Position numbers and translations under genes: made by a program
Assembly (NCBI GenBank): GCA_963735035.1
Contig: CAVTJJ010000004.1
Span: 800,001-864,000 of the forward strand
DNA: 64,000 nucleotides
Reading direction: 5' to 3'
Source: an uncultured candidate division Zixibacteria bacterium
GTDB taxonomy: Bacteria > Zixibacteria > MSB-5A5 > GN15 > FEB-12
Shown here: piece after piece, positions 29,456-39,124 of the stretch
Layout: every line of letters begins with the position of its first letter
Position numbering within the stretch: the first letter of the stretch is position 1
The notes under the pieces: model-generated
What the model saw: the letters and a program-made list of their open reading frames with translations, nothing else
The model's database searches: none
What the model was told of the DNA's origin: nothing

Positions 29456-32400
29456 ATGAAGTACGCTAATTTCGTCCATCTGCATACGCACAGTCAGTAC
29501 TCCCTGCTGGACGGCGCCTGCCGTCTCGGCCAGGTGATCGAGCTGGCTATTGAATACAAAATGCCTGCCCTGGCGATCACCGACCACGGTAACATGTTCG
29601 GGGCTATCGAATTCTACACCAAAGCCTTACGCGCCGGGATCAAACCTATCATCGGGTGCGAGGCGTATGTCGCGGCCGGCAGCCGTCATATCAAGAAACC
29701 TTCCGATAAGTACCCGGAGTCGGGTTACCATCTCGTTCTGCTGTGCAAAGACCAGGTCGGCTACCGGAACCTGATGAAACTGACCTCGGACGCCTTCCTC
29801 GAGGGGTTCTACCACCGCCCCCGCATGGACAAGGAGCTTCTCCGCAAGCATTCCGAGGGTCTGATAGCGACTTCGGCCTGCCTCAAAGGGGAGATCAACT
29901 GGCTTTTGCTCAAAGGCCAGACGGAAGAGGCAGTCGCGGCGGCGCGGGAAATGAACGAGATTTTCGGCCAGGGGAATTTCTTCATAGAGATTCAAAACCA
30001 CGGCCTCGAAAAAGAACTGATTCTAATCCCTAAGTTAGTCGCTATTGCCCGCGAGACCGGTATCCCGCTGGTCGCCACCAACGACTGTCACTATCTGCGG
30101 CAACGCGACGCCGAAGCGCACGACGCTCTTCTGTGTATCCAGACCGGTAAGTTTGTCTCCGATACCGACCGGATGCAGTACAACACCGACCAGATATATT
30201 TCAAATCGCCCGAGGAGATGCAGCAGACGCTCGGCGATTACCCCGAAGCGCTCGAAAACACAGTGCGGATCGCCGAGATGTGTAATCTCGAAATCGAGCT
30301 GGGGAAACTCAAGCTGCCGGTGTTCCCGATCCCGGCCAAGTTCGAAGACGCCGACAGTTTTCTCCGTCACGAGTGTGAAGAGGCCCTGCCGAAGCGATAC
30401 TGCGAAGTCACTCAAGTGATGAAGGAACGGCTCGATTACGAACTGGGCGTCATACGGCAACTGGGCTATGCGGGCTATTTCCTGATCGTCAAAGATTTCT
30501 GTGACTACGCCCGTTCGCAAAAGATTCCGGTGGGACCGGGTCGCGGTTCGGCGGCCGGGTCGATAGTCTCATATCTGCTTGGGATCACCAATGTCGATCC
30601 GATCCGGTTCGATCTTCTGTTCGAGCGCTTCCTGAATCCGGAACGAATTTCGATGCCTGATATAGACATCGATTTCGCCGACCGGGGTCGGGACAAGATC
30701 ATTCAGTACGTCATTGAGAAGTACGGCAAGGACAACGTCTGCCAGATCATCACGTTCGGCACGATGGCGGCGCGGGGAGTGATTCGCGATGTCGGTCGGG
30801 TGCTCTCGATGCCTTACGGCGAAGTGGACAAGATCGCCAAGCTCGTGCCGGGTGGGCCGGGTGTCACGCTGGAGAATGCAGTCGATTCAGTCCCCGAGTT
30901 GAAAGAGATGATCGCAAAAGATGTCCGGGTGAAGAAGCTGATCGATATTGCGCTCACACTCGAGGGTCTGGCCCGCCATTGTTCGACCCACGCCGCGGGC
31001 GTGGTGATAGCGCCGTCGGCGCTGACCAACTACGTGCCGTTGTTCAAGGGCAGCCACGACGAAGTAACGACCCAGTACGACATGAAGATGGTCGAGACCA
31101 TCGGCCTGCTCAAGATGGACTTCCTCGGGCTGCGGACGCTGACCGTAATCGACGATGCGGTTCACATGATTCGGGAAAGCCATGCGGACGTTGTAGTCGA
31201 CATCGATAATCTTCCGCTCGATGACGCCGAAGTGTACAAGTTGTTCGCAAGCGGCCAGACGATTGGCATCTTCCAGTTTGAATCGTCCGGCATGCGCGAC
31301 TATCTGCGGCGGCTCAGCCCCGAAGAGTTCAGCGATATCGATGTCATGAATGCGCTGTACCGTCCGGGCCCGCTCGACTCGGGCATGATCGATACGTATA
31401 TCGCCTGCAAGCGGGGCGAGAAGAAAGTCGATTACCAGCATGAGACGTTGCAGGAGATACTCGGCAGTACCTACGGTGTGATTGTCTATCAGGAACAGGT
31501 GTTGAAAATCGCCAACCAGTTGGCGGGATACTCACTCGGCAAGGCCGACATCCTGCGCAAGGCGATGGGGAAGAAAGACGCCAACCTGATGGCGGAGCAG
31601 AAAAAGGCGTTCCTCGAGGGAACCGCCAAGCGCAAGATCGAGCCGAAAATCGGTGAGGAAGTTTTCAACCAGATCGAGACTTTCGCTCGCTACGGATTCA
31701 ACAAGGCGCATTCTACCAGCTACGCGCTGGTGGCCTATCAAACGGCCTGGCTCAAGCGATATTATCCGCATGAGTTCATGGCCGCTCTGATGACTTCAGA
31801 AATGAGCAACTCCGACCGTATCATGATCATGTTGGAGGAATGTCGCCGTATGGGCATCCGGGTGTTGCCGCCCGATGTAAACGAATCCAAGAGTCATTTC
31901 ACGGTGGTGGGCGACAATATTCGGTTCGGGCTTCTAGCGGTCAAGAATGTCGGTTCCTCTACTGCCGAGGCGATTGCGACGGCCTCAGCCAAGGGTAAAT
32001 TCAATTCTCTCGCCGATCTGACCAGTTCGATAGACCCGCGTCATCTTAATCGTCGTACCCTCGAATCGCTAATTACGGCCGGGGCCTGCGATTCGCTCAA
32101 AGGGCATCGGGCGCAGAAGATGGCGACAGTTGAGGTGACTCTCGAGTATGGCCACAAGGTGATGGAGAAGTCGAACAGCCACGATCTGTTCGCCGACTCA
32201 GGCATAGCGGCCCAACGAGTCGAGCCGAAACTGCCCGACATCCCGGCATGGACTTCCTCAGAGGAGCTGGCGCACGAAAAAGAAGCTCTTGGGTTCTGGA
32301 TTTCGGGCCATCCGTTGGATCGATATCGTGATGAATTGACTTCATTTACCACCGCCACCTGTGCCGGATTGGATCAAGTCGTTGACGGGCGCGAGGTTAC

Positions 32401-32905
32401 CCTTGGCGGCGTGGTAGCCAGGATCAACAAGATGCCGGACAAGCGGGGGAATATGATGGCCTTTGCTACCCTGGAAGACTTTTCCGGACAGACGGAATTG
32501 ATTATATTCTCTGATTGCTTCGAAAGAAGCAAAGATGACCTGGTGGCTGACCGGATGGTGTTGGTGTCCGGCCGGGTTTCGACGCGTGAAGGCGAGCGAC
32601 CGAAAGTGATCTGCTCCGAGGTCATGCCTCTGGAGAAGCTTACGGAACGGTTCAACTGCCAACTGGTTATAAAGCTAGGCCCGGATTGCACCGAGAAGAC
32701 CATAGAGCGGGCGCTGGCCACGTTGGAACAATATCATGGCCAGGTGCCGGTTCTGTTAGCGGCGCGAGAAAACGGTTCGGAAGTCTATATCAAGTCGAGC
32801 CGTTATTCGGTGACCATGGATTTTGAATTGCTGAATCGCCTGAAAGAACTCCTGGGTGATTCGGCAGCGTATCTTCGCCCGGTCGGTCCGCGCGAAGGGA
32901 AATAG
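29456..32905 (+). CDS. dnaE: DNA polymerase III alpha subunit
   Basis: PHP domain (HLHTHSQYSLLDG), GRGSAAGS, PDIDIDF, FNKAHS, OB fold. Confidence 0.98.
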   Translation: MKYANFVHLHTHSQYSLLDGACRLGQVIELAIEYKMPALAITDHGNMFGAIEFYTKALRAGIKPIIGCEAYVAAGSRHIKKPSDKYPESGYHLVLLCKDQVGYRNLMKLTSDAFLEGFYHRPRMDKELLRKHSEGLIATSACLKGEINWLLLKGQTEEAVAAAREMNEIFGQGNFFIEIQNHGLEKELILIPKLVAIARETGIPLVATNDCHYLRQRDAEAHDALLCIQTGKFVSDTDRMQYNTDQIYFKSPEEMQQTLGDYPEALENTVRIAEMCNLEIELGKLKLPVFPIPAKFEDADSFLRHECEEALPKRYCEVTQVMKERLDYELGVIRQLGYAGYFLIVKDFCDYARSQKIPVGPGRGSAAGSIVSYLLGITNVDPIRFDLLFERFLNPERISMPDIDIDFADRGRDKIIQYVIEKYGKDNVCQIITFGTMAARGVIRDVGRVLSMPYGEVDKIAKLVPGGPGVTLENAVDSVPELKEMIAKDVRVKKLIDIALTLEGLARHCSTHAAGVVIAPSALTNYVPLFKGSHDEVTTQYDMKMVETIGLLKMDFLGLRTLTVIDDAVHMIRESHADVVVDIDNLPLDDAEVYKLFASGQTIGIFQFESSGMRDYLRRLSPEEFSDIDVMNALYRPGPLDSGMIDTYIACKRGEKKVDYQHETLQEILGSTYGVIVYQEQVLKIANQLAGYSLGKADILRKAMGKKDANLMAEQKKAFLEGTAKRKIEPKIGEEVFNQIETFARYGFNKAHSTSYALVAYQTAWLKRYYPHEFMAALMTSEMSNSDRIMIMLEECRRMGIRVLPPDVNESKSHFTVVGDNIRFGLLAVKNVGSSTAEAIATASAKGKFNSLADLTSSIDPRHLNRRTLESLITAGACDSLKGHRAQKMATVEVTLEYGHKVMEKSNSHDLFADSGIAAQRVEPKLPDIPAWTSSEELAHEKEALGFWISGHPLDRYRDELTSFTTATCAGLDQVVDGREVTLGGVVARINKMPDKRGNMMAFATLEDFSGQTELIIFSDCFERSKDDLVADRMVLVSGRVSTREGERPKVICSEVMPLEKLTERFNCQLVIKLGPDCTEKTIERALATLEQYHGQVPVLLAARENGSEVYIKSSRYSVTMDFELLNRLKELLGDSAAYLRPVGPREGK

Positions 32906-32968
32906 AGACTAACAAAGTTGCGAACCGATTGCCGTAAGAATCCTTTACCTTTTGCCAAGCAGAGACTG

Positions 32969-33505
32969 ATGAGAACAACTCGATACATTTTACTCGCCCT
33001 GTTGGTCGTATCGGCGTCACTCGTGTGGGGGGCGGATACCAAAAAGAAACCCAAAGAGCCGGTCAAGGATCCCAACGGAATTTCGTGGTACAACTACGAA
33101 GCCGGTTGGCAGAAGGCCAAGGCCGAAAACAAGCACATGTTTGTCGATTTCACGGCCACCTGGTGCGGCTGGTGCAAGCGACTCGAATCGGGCACGTTCT
33201 CGGATCCGCGTGTAATCGAATCCCTGACCAAGGATTTTGTGCCGGTCAAGGTCTGGGAAAAGAGCCCCGATACGCTTGATCTTGACGGTCTGAAGATTGC
33301 CGAGGAAGACCTGCGCATCAAAGAGTTTGGCGCCCAGTCGTTCCCGATGATGTGGTTTGTCAGCCCCAAAGCGGTGCGGGTCGGCCCGATCAGAGGCTAT
33401 GTTGACGCTAACACGCTGATGAAGTTTCTTGATGTGGTCAAGAATTACAGCTACGACACCACCCTTGACGCGTCGGGCAATCCCAAGACACCCGCCAAAC
33501 CTTGA
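32969..33505 (+). CDS. Exported thioredoxin-fold protein
   Basis: Signal peptide, DFTATWCGWCK. Confidence 0.85.
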   Translation: MRTTRYILLALLVVSASLVWGADTKKKPKEPVKDPNGISWYNYEAGWQKAKAENKHMFVDFTATWCGWCKRLESGTFSDPRVIESLTKDFVPVKVWEKSPDTLDLDGLKIAEEDLRIKEFGAQSFPMMWFVSPKAVRVGPIRGYVDANTLMKFLDVVKNYSYDTTLDASGNPKTPAKP

Positions 33506-33540
33506 AGAGCACTACCCCGAGAATTACAGGAACTACCAGG

Positions 33541-34116
33541 ATGATGAGACAGATTGTTCATATTACAGCTATACTGTTAATTTCGTTGCTGCTGTTGTCG
33601 TGTTCGAAGGAAGAAACGACGGCCAAGAATGAACTGTCACCGGTGGCGAAATCACAAGCGACAAATCCCGCCCGTGAGAATGCCGCCAGGCCGGCCGTAA
33701 AGTCAATGAATGCCTCGGCGGTCGATCTGGAAGGAAACAAACGTTTGATGTCGGAATGGGTGGGGAAGAAGCCGGTGGTTGTGAACTTCTGGGGTACCTG
33801 GTGTCCGCCGTGTCGTCGCGAAATACCCGATTTGGTCCGGCTGTATGATGAATATCACATCAAGGGTGTTGAAATTGTCAGTCTTGCTATCGAGAGAAGC
33901 GCCGGCCCGCAGGAAGTCAAAGCGTTCAGCCAGCAGGCCGGTATGAAGTGGGTGATGCTAATGGCGAACCAGGATGTGGCACAGGCGTTTAACGCGGGCG
34001 CTTCGGTGCCTACAACTATATTCTTCGACGCCGCCGGCAACGAAGTGGGCCGCTTTGTCGGCGCTCGCTCCTATCAAGATTTCAAACCGGTGTTTCAGAA
34101 GATTTCCGGCACCTGA
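33541..34116 (+). CDS. TlpA/ResA-like thiol-disulfide oxidoreductase lipoprotein
   Basis: Lipobox LLSC, VNFWGTWCPPCRREIP, VPTT. Confidence 0.88.
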   Translation: MMRQIVHITAILLISLLLLSCSKEETTAKNELSPVAKSQATNPARENAARPAVKSMNASAVDLEGNKRLMSEWVGKKPVVVNFWGTWCPPCRREIPDLVRLYDEYHIKGVEIVSLAIERSAGPQEVKAFSQQAGMKWVMLMANQDVAQAFNAGASVPTTIFFDAAGNEVGRFVGARSYQDFKPVFQKISGT

Positions 34117-34134
34117 GGCAGTGTGAATCTCGAA

Positions 34135-34980
34135 TTTGTAGGCCGGTTCGTTGAAGACGAACCGGCTTTTTGTTGGTCGTAAGTGTCCGATGTGATTCAA
34201 GCCGAATCTTCGGTACCCACCCAACGGGTGGGAATTTGTAAACGGGGCGCTAGCCCCGTCATCCCGACGGAAGTCGGGACCCAGTTGTCTTGGTAAGTGC
34301 ACCAAAGCCAATGTTAGAACCGCCATGCGAAGGGAGTATTCGAACATTGATGAAATAATTCTGCAAACACAACTGGGCACCGGTTTTCACCGGTGTGACG
34401 GCCTCGCGGCCGTTTGAACACTATTACTTCTTGATGTGTATCTTCAGTACCCACCCAACGGGTGGGATCGTGATCGATCAGGTCACGCGTCACTGCTCCG
34501 TCATGCCCGACTTGGTCGGGCACCCATGACTACTCGCGATCGCAGTAGAGGGGGCCTCACAAGAGAAATGGAATTTGAACATCCTCTCCCGCCTTCGTCC
34601 TCATGTCGTCTCTTGCGGTGAGGCCAATGCGACAGCCCATGGATTCCCGGCCAAGCCGGGAATGATGGGGCCAGAAGGCGAAACTGACTGTGATACGTAG
34701 GTTGGGTTCACGAGTCTTGTAGCTCGGGATGCTTGTCATCCCGACATCGCGTTTGTCGGGACCTCGCCCCGGCGAGCAGGCACAAGGGTCCCGACCTGCA
34801 AGTGCGGTCGGATTTGTCGGTCGGGTTCACGAGGGTCTATCGAAGCGAGACGCGAGCAACCCGACAATCGCATCCTTGGGTGCCCCGCCTGAAGCGGGGC
34901 AAGAAAGTATCTACTTTGATCGGCAGGCCCCTGTGCCTGCCGAAGAGTACACGGCAGGGTTGGAACCCTGACGATCAAGA
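34135..34980. repeat. Large intergenic cluster of REP-like palindromes (at least 6 families)
   Basis: CCCACCCAACGGGTGGG twice, GTCATCCCGAC..GTCGGGAC, GTCATGCCCGAC..GTCGGGCA, CGGGATGCTTGTCATCCCG, GCCCCGCCTGAAGCGGGGC, TGATCGGCAGG element. Confidence 0.85.
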
Positions 34981-34987
34981 AGAATGG

Positions 34988-37402
34988 CTACTTCAGAATA
35001 ACCAGTTTCCCGATCTGCGTACGCGTCTCCGATTCGACCACCCAATAGTACAGCCCCGATTCCACTGCCAAACCGGATCGGCTTACCAGATTCCACCAGT
35101 CGTGCATCGACTCCGGACCGCCTTCGGGGAAATTGTGATCGATCGTGCCGATATGATCACCGTCGAGAGAATACACTTTGATCTTACATACGCGCGGGAG
35201 GTTGCCGAAATGGATCAGCCTCGAACGGTCCGGAATGATGTTCCCTTTGCGGTTCTCGTAGCCCCCGTCTTCATAGTTTGCGTCGACCCGATATGGATTG
35301 GGATAGACGTACGCGTCGAGGTTGTCTTCTTCGACAATTTCCGACGAAGTCTGCGCGTAACATTCGGTGACATTGTTGAGCGGGTTGGTCTCATCGGGCG
35401 GCATACTGCCGCGCCCGCCGGAGTAACCGAAGTCAAACACGGTCACGGCGACAAAATACGGCACGGTGGGCAACAGGTTGTCGATGATGTACTCGTATTC
35501 ATAGTATTTGGGAAGCTGGCGACCGTCGTGTTCGGTGGTGATGTCATTTTCTGTCCAGAGGGTCGAATCGGTACCGGGGTTGACCGCCTCCGGGTAAGCC
35601 TTGTGAATTCCGTTCGGAGAAGTAAGACTGTACACGTTGCCGTCGACAGCGGAGAAATAGAAGACGCTGTCACCCTGAAACAATGGCCGCTGGCGGGGAT
35701 AGTCATCGGGGTTGAGATCAGGATTGTTGTGGAGTATCCTGAGCGAGTCGAGGCTGAACGGCGGATCGCTATTGATCCAACGACCTTCACCTGATCCCAA
35801 CGCGTTGAACTTCCAGCGAAACCAATTCTGCTTGTCATAACTTGTCAGCAGAGAGAGGCTCGTCTTGCGGTCGTCCAGACCGCAATAAACCCGATATCCT
35901 TCGAAATCGACCAGTCCGGAGAAGATATCTTTGGTCGTCTCGGAAAGAAACCCGTTCCACCGTACAATGATCTTCCCAGGTTCCGTGTCATGCCTTGTGA
36001 ACGGAATGGGAGGTGGGGAGTTGCCGCGAAAATCGGGGACGCCGTCCCCTTTGTACCAGGTGGTCTCACCATCGCAGATGCGATACTCGCCGAAATAACC
36101 ATCACTGTCAGTGTCGACCCCGGGATTGTCGTACACCCACTGCGCCCATTGGGCGTTGCCGGCGAGTTCGGAGAAGTCGAGTTGATCGTAATACGACTGC
36201 GGGTCGGTTGGATCAAAGTAGGCATACGAATTGGTGTGAACGTTGTCACCGCCAATCACGGCCATTGTGAATCTGATCTTCTCGTGAACCCCGGCCTGGA
36301 AGGGACCAAAGTAATAGAACATGTCGAATGGCCAACCCGCGGCGATATCGGGTGCGAAGCCCCACGGCGGCATCCAGCCGAAATGGTCAACTGCGGCAGA
36401 CATCTGGTCATAGGCAATGTGGGGGTGGCTTAGAATATAGTACAGATTGCGGTCACTTCCGGGATATGCAAAATATGGATTGAAGGATCGAAACGGTTCA
36501 TCGGGCGTTGACTGTGGCCGCGGACCCCAGTCTATCGCATCGGAAGCAACCCAGACGTACCAGTTGTAACCGTATTCGAGAGAATCCGCTGAACTTCCGA
36601 GAAGCGTCAAGCCCACCGCGCCCCGGCGGGAGTTCCATCGGTATGATCCTTCAACCGGATCGCCGTCGTTGTCCATACAATAGGCAATATTGAGCGGCTG
36701 CCGGAAATCACATTCGTTGGGCCAAGCATAGTAGGGAAGGAAACCGGTCAGGTCATCATCATCATCCGGTGGCGTCCTAACAGTGTACGAGTAGCTATCA
36801 CACCAGTAACCGATCCACATATCCCTAAGCACTTCTTTGCCCACGTTCGTAAATTCGTAATCAAATAGCACGAAATCATCGACTGTAGATCCCGCCCAGG
36901 CCATGGATCGCTGTGTGCCGACAATTTCGAGCGGCACATACGGACCCCGTTCCCAATTTGTCCAATAGATTGTGTCATATGCGATGGTATCGGCTAATCT
37001 ATATTCAATATCCAAATCGGAATGGGCGGTAGGCGAGTAGTAGGTAAGGCCGGGATTCGACGAACCGATTTGCCACGGTTCGCCGCTCAGCGCGTACCAG
37101 TTAGCGATAGTGTCGCGACCGGAAATAGCCCCGAGCACCATTTGACCCTGCATGTACATGGCGCCACTCTCTCTCGGATAGACGCAACCGTAGACAGAAT
37201 CACCTGTGATGGCGTCGTAATACGGCAACCATTTCTTATCACTCCACCCCACTGACCCAAATTCCCCCGGACCAATCGTTAGCTGAAGATTGCCCTGGCT
37301 GTGCGCCCGCCGGTACCAGTAATCCTGTCCCGAAGCAATGGATACACATGATCCCAGAATCACGGCAGCTGCAATGAGAGTCAAGGTCAGGCGGTGTAGC
37401 AT
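34988..37402 (-). CDS. Large secreted protein with a T9SS-like/FlgD-Ig C-terminal domain
   Basis: Signal peptide; DNDGD and DTDSDG acidic motifs; C-terminal YVYPNPY...IKVYSLDG...WNL....GLY.W.VES...IGKLVILK. Confidence 0.75.
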   Translation of the reverse strand: MLHRLTLTLIAAAVILGSCVSIASGQDYWYRRAHSQGNLQLTIGPGEFGSVGWSDKKWLPYYDAITGDSVYGCVYPRESGAMYMQGQMVLGAISGRDTIANWYALSGEPWQIGSSNPGLTYYSPTAHSDLDIEYRLADTIAYDTIYWTNWERGPYVPLEIVGTQRSMAWAGSTVDDFVLFDYEFTNVGKEVLRDMWIGYWCDSYSYTVRTPPDDDDDLTGFLPYYAWPNECDFRQPLNIAYCMDNDGDPVEGSYRWNSRRGAVGLTLLGSSADSLEYGYNWYVWVASDAIDWGPRPQSTPDEPFRSFNPYFAYPGSDRNLYYILSHPHIAYDQMSAAVDHFGWMPPWGFAPDIAAGWPFDMFYYFGPFQAGVHEKIRFTMAVIGGDNVHTNSYAYFDPTDPQSYYDQLDFSELAGNAQWAQWVYDNPGVDTDSDGYFGEYRICDGETTWYKGDGVPDFRGNSPPPIPFTRHDTEPGKIIVRWNGFLSETTKDIFSGLVDFEGYRVYCGLDDRKTSLSLLTSYDKQNWFRWKFNALGSGEGRWINSDPPFSLDSLRILHNNPDLNPDDYPRQRPLFQGDSVFYFSAVDGNVYSLTSPNGIHKAYPEAVNPGTDSTLWTENDITTEHDGRQLPKYYEYEYIIDNLLPTVPYFVAVTVFDFGYSGGRGSMPPDETNPLNNVTECYAQTSSEIVEEDNLDAYVYPNPYRVDANYEDGGYENRKGNIIPDRSRLIHFGNLPRVCKIKVYSLDGDHIGTIDHNFPEGGPESMHDWWNLVSRSGLAVESGLYYWVVESETRTQIGKLVILK

Positions 37403-37409
37403 CTGTCTT

Positions 37410-38095
37410 TCCGATTCACCCTTCGACAGGCTCAGGGTGTGTAGATTGAAACCAGCTCGTCGCGGGCGGTCTCGACATCGTAAGACGGCAGTCGGCTCGT
37501 CGTACTTGCTCTTCTTCTGTCATACCTGCGGAGGCAGGTACCCAGCCAAGCTCGCAGAGCAATACTGCAGCAACATCTATGTGTTGCTCGCCATATAATA
37601 TCTTCTTGCCACAATCTCCATCACAGACCAGCCACCTTGACTGGGTTCCCGCCTTCGCGGGAATGACGAAACCTGCGGTTCTGTTTCTCAAGCACGACCA
37701 ACCACCCACACAGAGCGAGCTCTGTCCTACGAATCTGTTGTCGTTCCGGGACCCACAAGATACGGGGATGCCATGTCCTATGGGATAGGATAGTCTGCTT
37801 TCGCGTGCGATGCAATCACAAAAGCGACACTCACAAAGAAGCGGCAGGCCCGGAGGCCTGCCGATCACACACTTGGATGGCCCCGCGTAAAGCGGGGCAA
37901 GACAGACATGGAGCGGTAGTCGTACGAGTCGGCAGATGTGGGCATCTGCCGGGCACTTTTCAAAGGCGGTCGACCCCACAGCAAGCTGTGGGGTACCAAG
38001 CCTACAAGTCATGTAGGTCGGGATGCTTGTCATCCCGACATCGCGTTTGTCGGAACATCACCACGTCGAGCAGGCACAAGGGGCCCGCCCTACAA
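37410..38095. repeat. Intergenic REP-like palindrome cluster
   Basis: GTCATACCTGC..GCAGGTAC, TTCCCGCCTTCGCGGGAATGAC, GCCCCGCGTAAAGCGGGGC, CGGCAGATG family, CCCCACAGC family, GTAGGTCGGGATG family. Confidence 0.85.
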
Positions 38096-38101
38096 TACCC
38101 T

Positions 38102-39124
38102 TCAAGTGGTGCTCTTGTCGCCGGCAAAATACAAGCTGAGCATGTACCACACCGTTCCAATCGCCACCACAAACAGCACCAGGAAGATCAGGAAGATCGA
38201 CCACTGCGCATTCACGGGTAGATCTTTCGGTTCGAACGAATCGGCCAGGCGCAACAAGCGCACATGATGCCGGGTATAGACCATCGTTATCACCGACGGC
38301 ACCAACATGAACGCGGCGGGCAAGAAGCGTTTTCTATAGAAGAAATGGAGCGCGCCGAGTGACAGTACGATACCCACCGTCAGCGCCCAAATAGCGGGAG
38401 TCTTCATCAACGGCGCCAGATAGTCCCCCAGAGTCATCAAGTACACTAAACCAAATACCGACGCGACCGCCATGCCGCCGGTAAAGAATTGTTTCCCGGC
38501 GCGAAAGACCGAGTCATCGTTGCGTCCGACCCAGCCCACAAAGAACCCACCGACCGTAATCGCGCCCGTCACCATGTGCAACCAACGGAATATCCAGTTG
38601 CCGATGTCAGGATTGATTGTCCAGCCACTCTGGTTGGCTGCATAGGCGCTCTTGACCAGGGCGGTGTTCTCGGCCAGCGCGAACACCGAACTGTAAACGA
38701 GTGACACATAGAGCAAACAGACTGCAACTATTGTCAGATACCGCCCGCTCGTGACGTCAGGACGTTTGCTGAATGAGGCGCTGTAGAGCAGGTAATAGGC
38801 CAGTATCACTACGGGAATGATCATCAGCCAGAACCAACCGCTGACAATGGCGGCGCTGTAAAGCTCGCGATGATACACGATCTGTGCGAACAGCAGTGGC
38901 GCGACACCAAGCGTTACCGTCGTTGCGAGCGCAGTCGGCAGCATCTTGACATACCTGCGCACGGACTCGTTCGTCCAGCGTCCATCGATCTTGCCAAACA
39001 GAAGCACCACCAGGCCGCCGAAGACGAAATTCATCGCCACCAGATGGAGCGACAGCGTCAAGACATGCAGTACATTTATCAGCCAAAGCGGGGCCGAAAG
39101 GAAATTGTAGGTCGGCAGAATCAC
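38102..39124 (-). CDS. Polytopic membrane protein, partner subunit of the bd-like oxidase
   Basis: About 9-10 TM helices, His in LHLVAMN and RWLH, GVAPLLF; overlaps the stop of the upstream gene. Confidence 0.7.
   Translation of the reverse strand: MILPTYNFLSAPLWLINVLHVLTLSLHLVAMNFVFGGLVVLLFGKIDGRWTNESVRRYVKMLPTALATTVTLGVAPLLFAQIVYHRELYSAAIVSGWFWLMIIPVVILAYYLLYSASFSKRPDVTSGRYLTIVAVCLLYVSLVYSSVFALAENTALVKSAYAANQSGWTINPDIGNWIFRWLHMVTGAITVGGFFVGWVGRNDDSVFRAGKQFFTGGMAVASVFGLVYLMTLGDYLAPLMKTPAIWALTVGIVLSLGALHFFYRKRFLPAAFMLVPSVITMVYTRHHVRLLRLADSFEPKDLPVNAQWSIFLIFLVLFVVAIGTVWYMLSLYFAGDKSTT

Noticed and set aside
29456..32905. Intein in dnaE
   Set aside because: Normal length (1149 aa) and no splice-junction or homing-endonuclease motifs seen
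34300..38270. ORFs called across the palindrome clusters and antisense to long genes (e.g. 34733-35794, 37416-38033, 37805-38221)
   Set aside because: They are translations of repeats or shadow frames with no protein motifs
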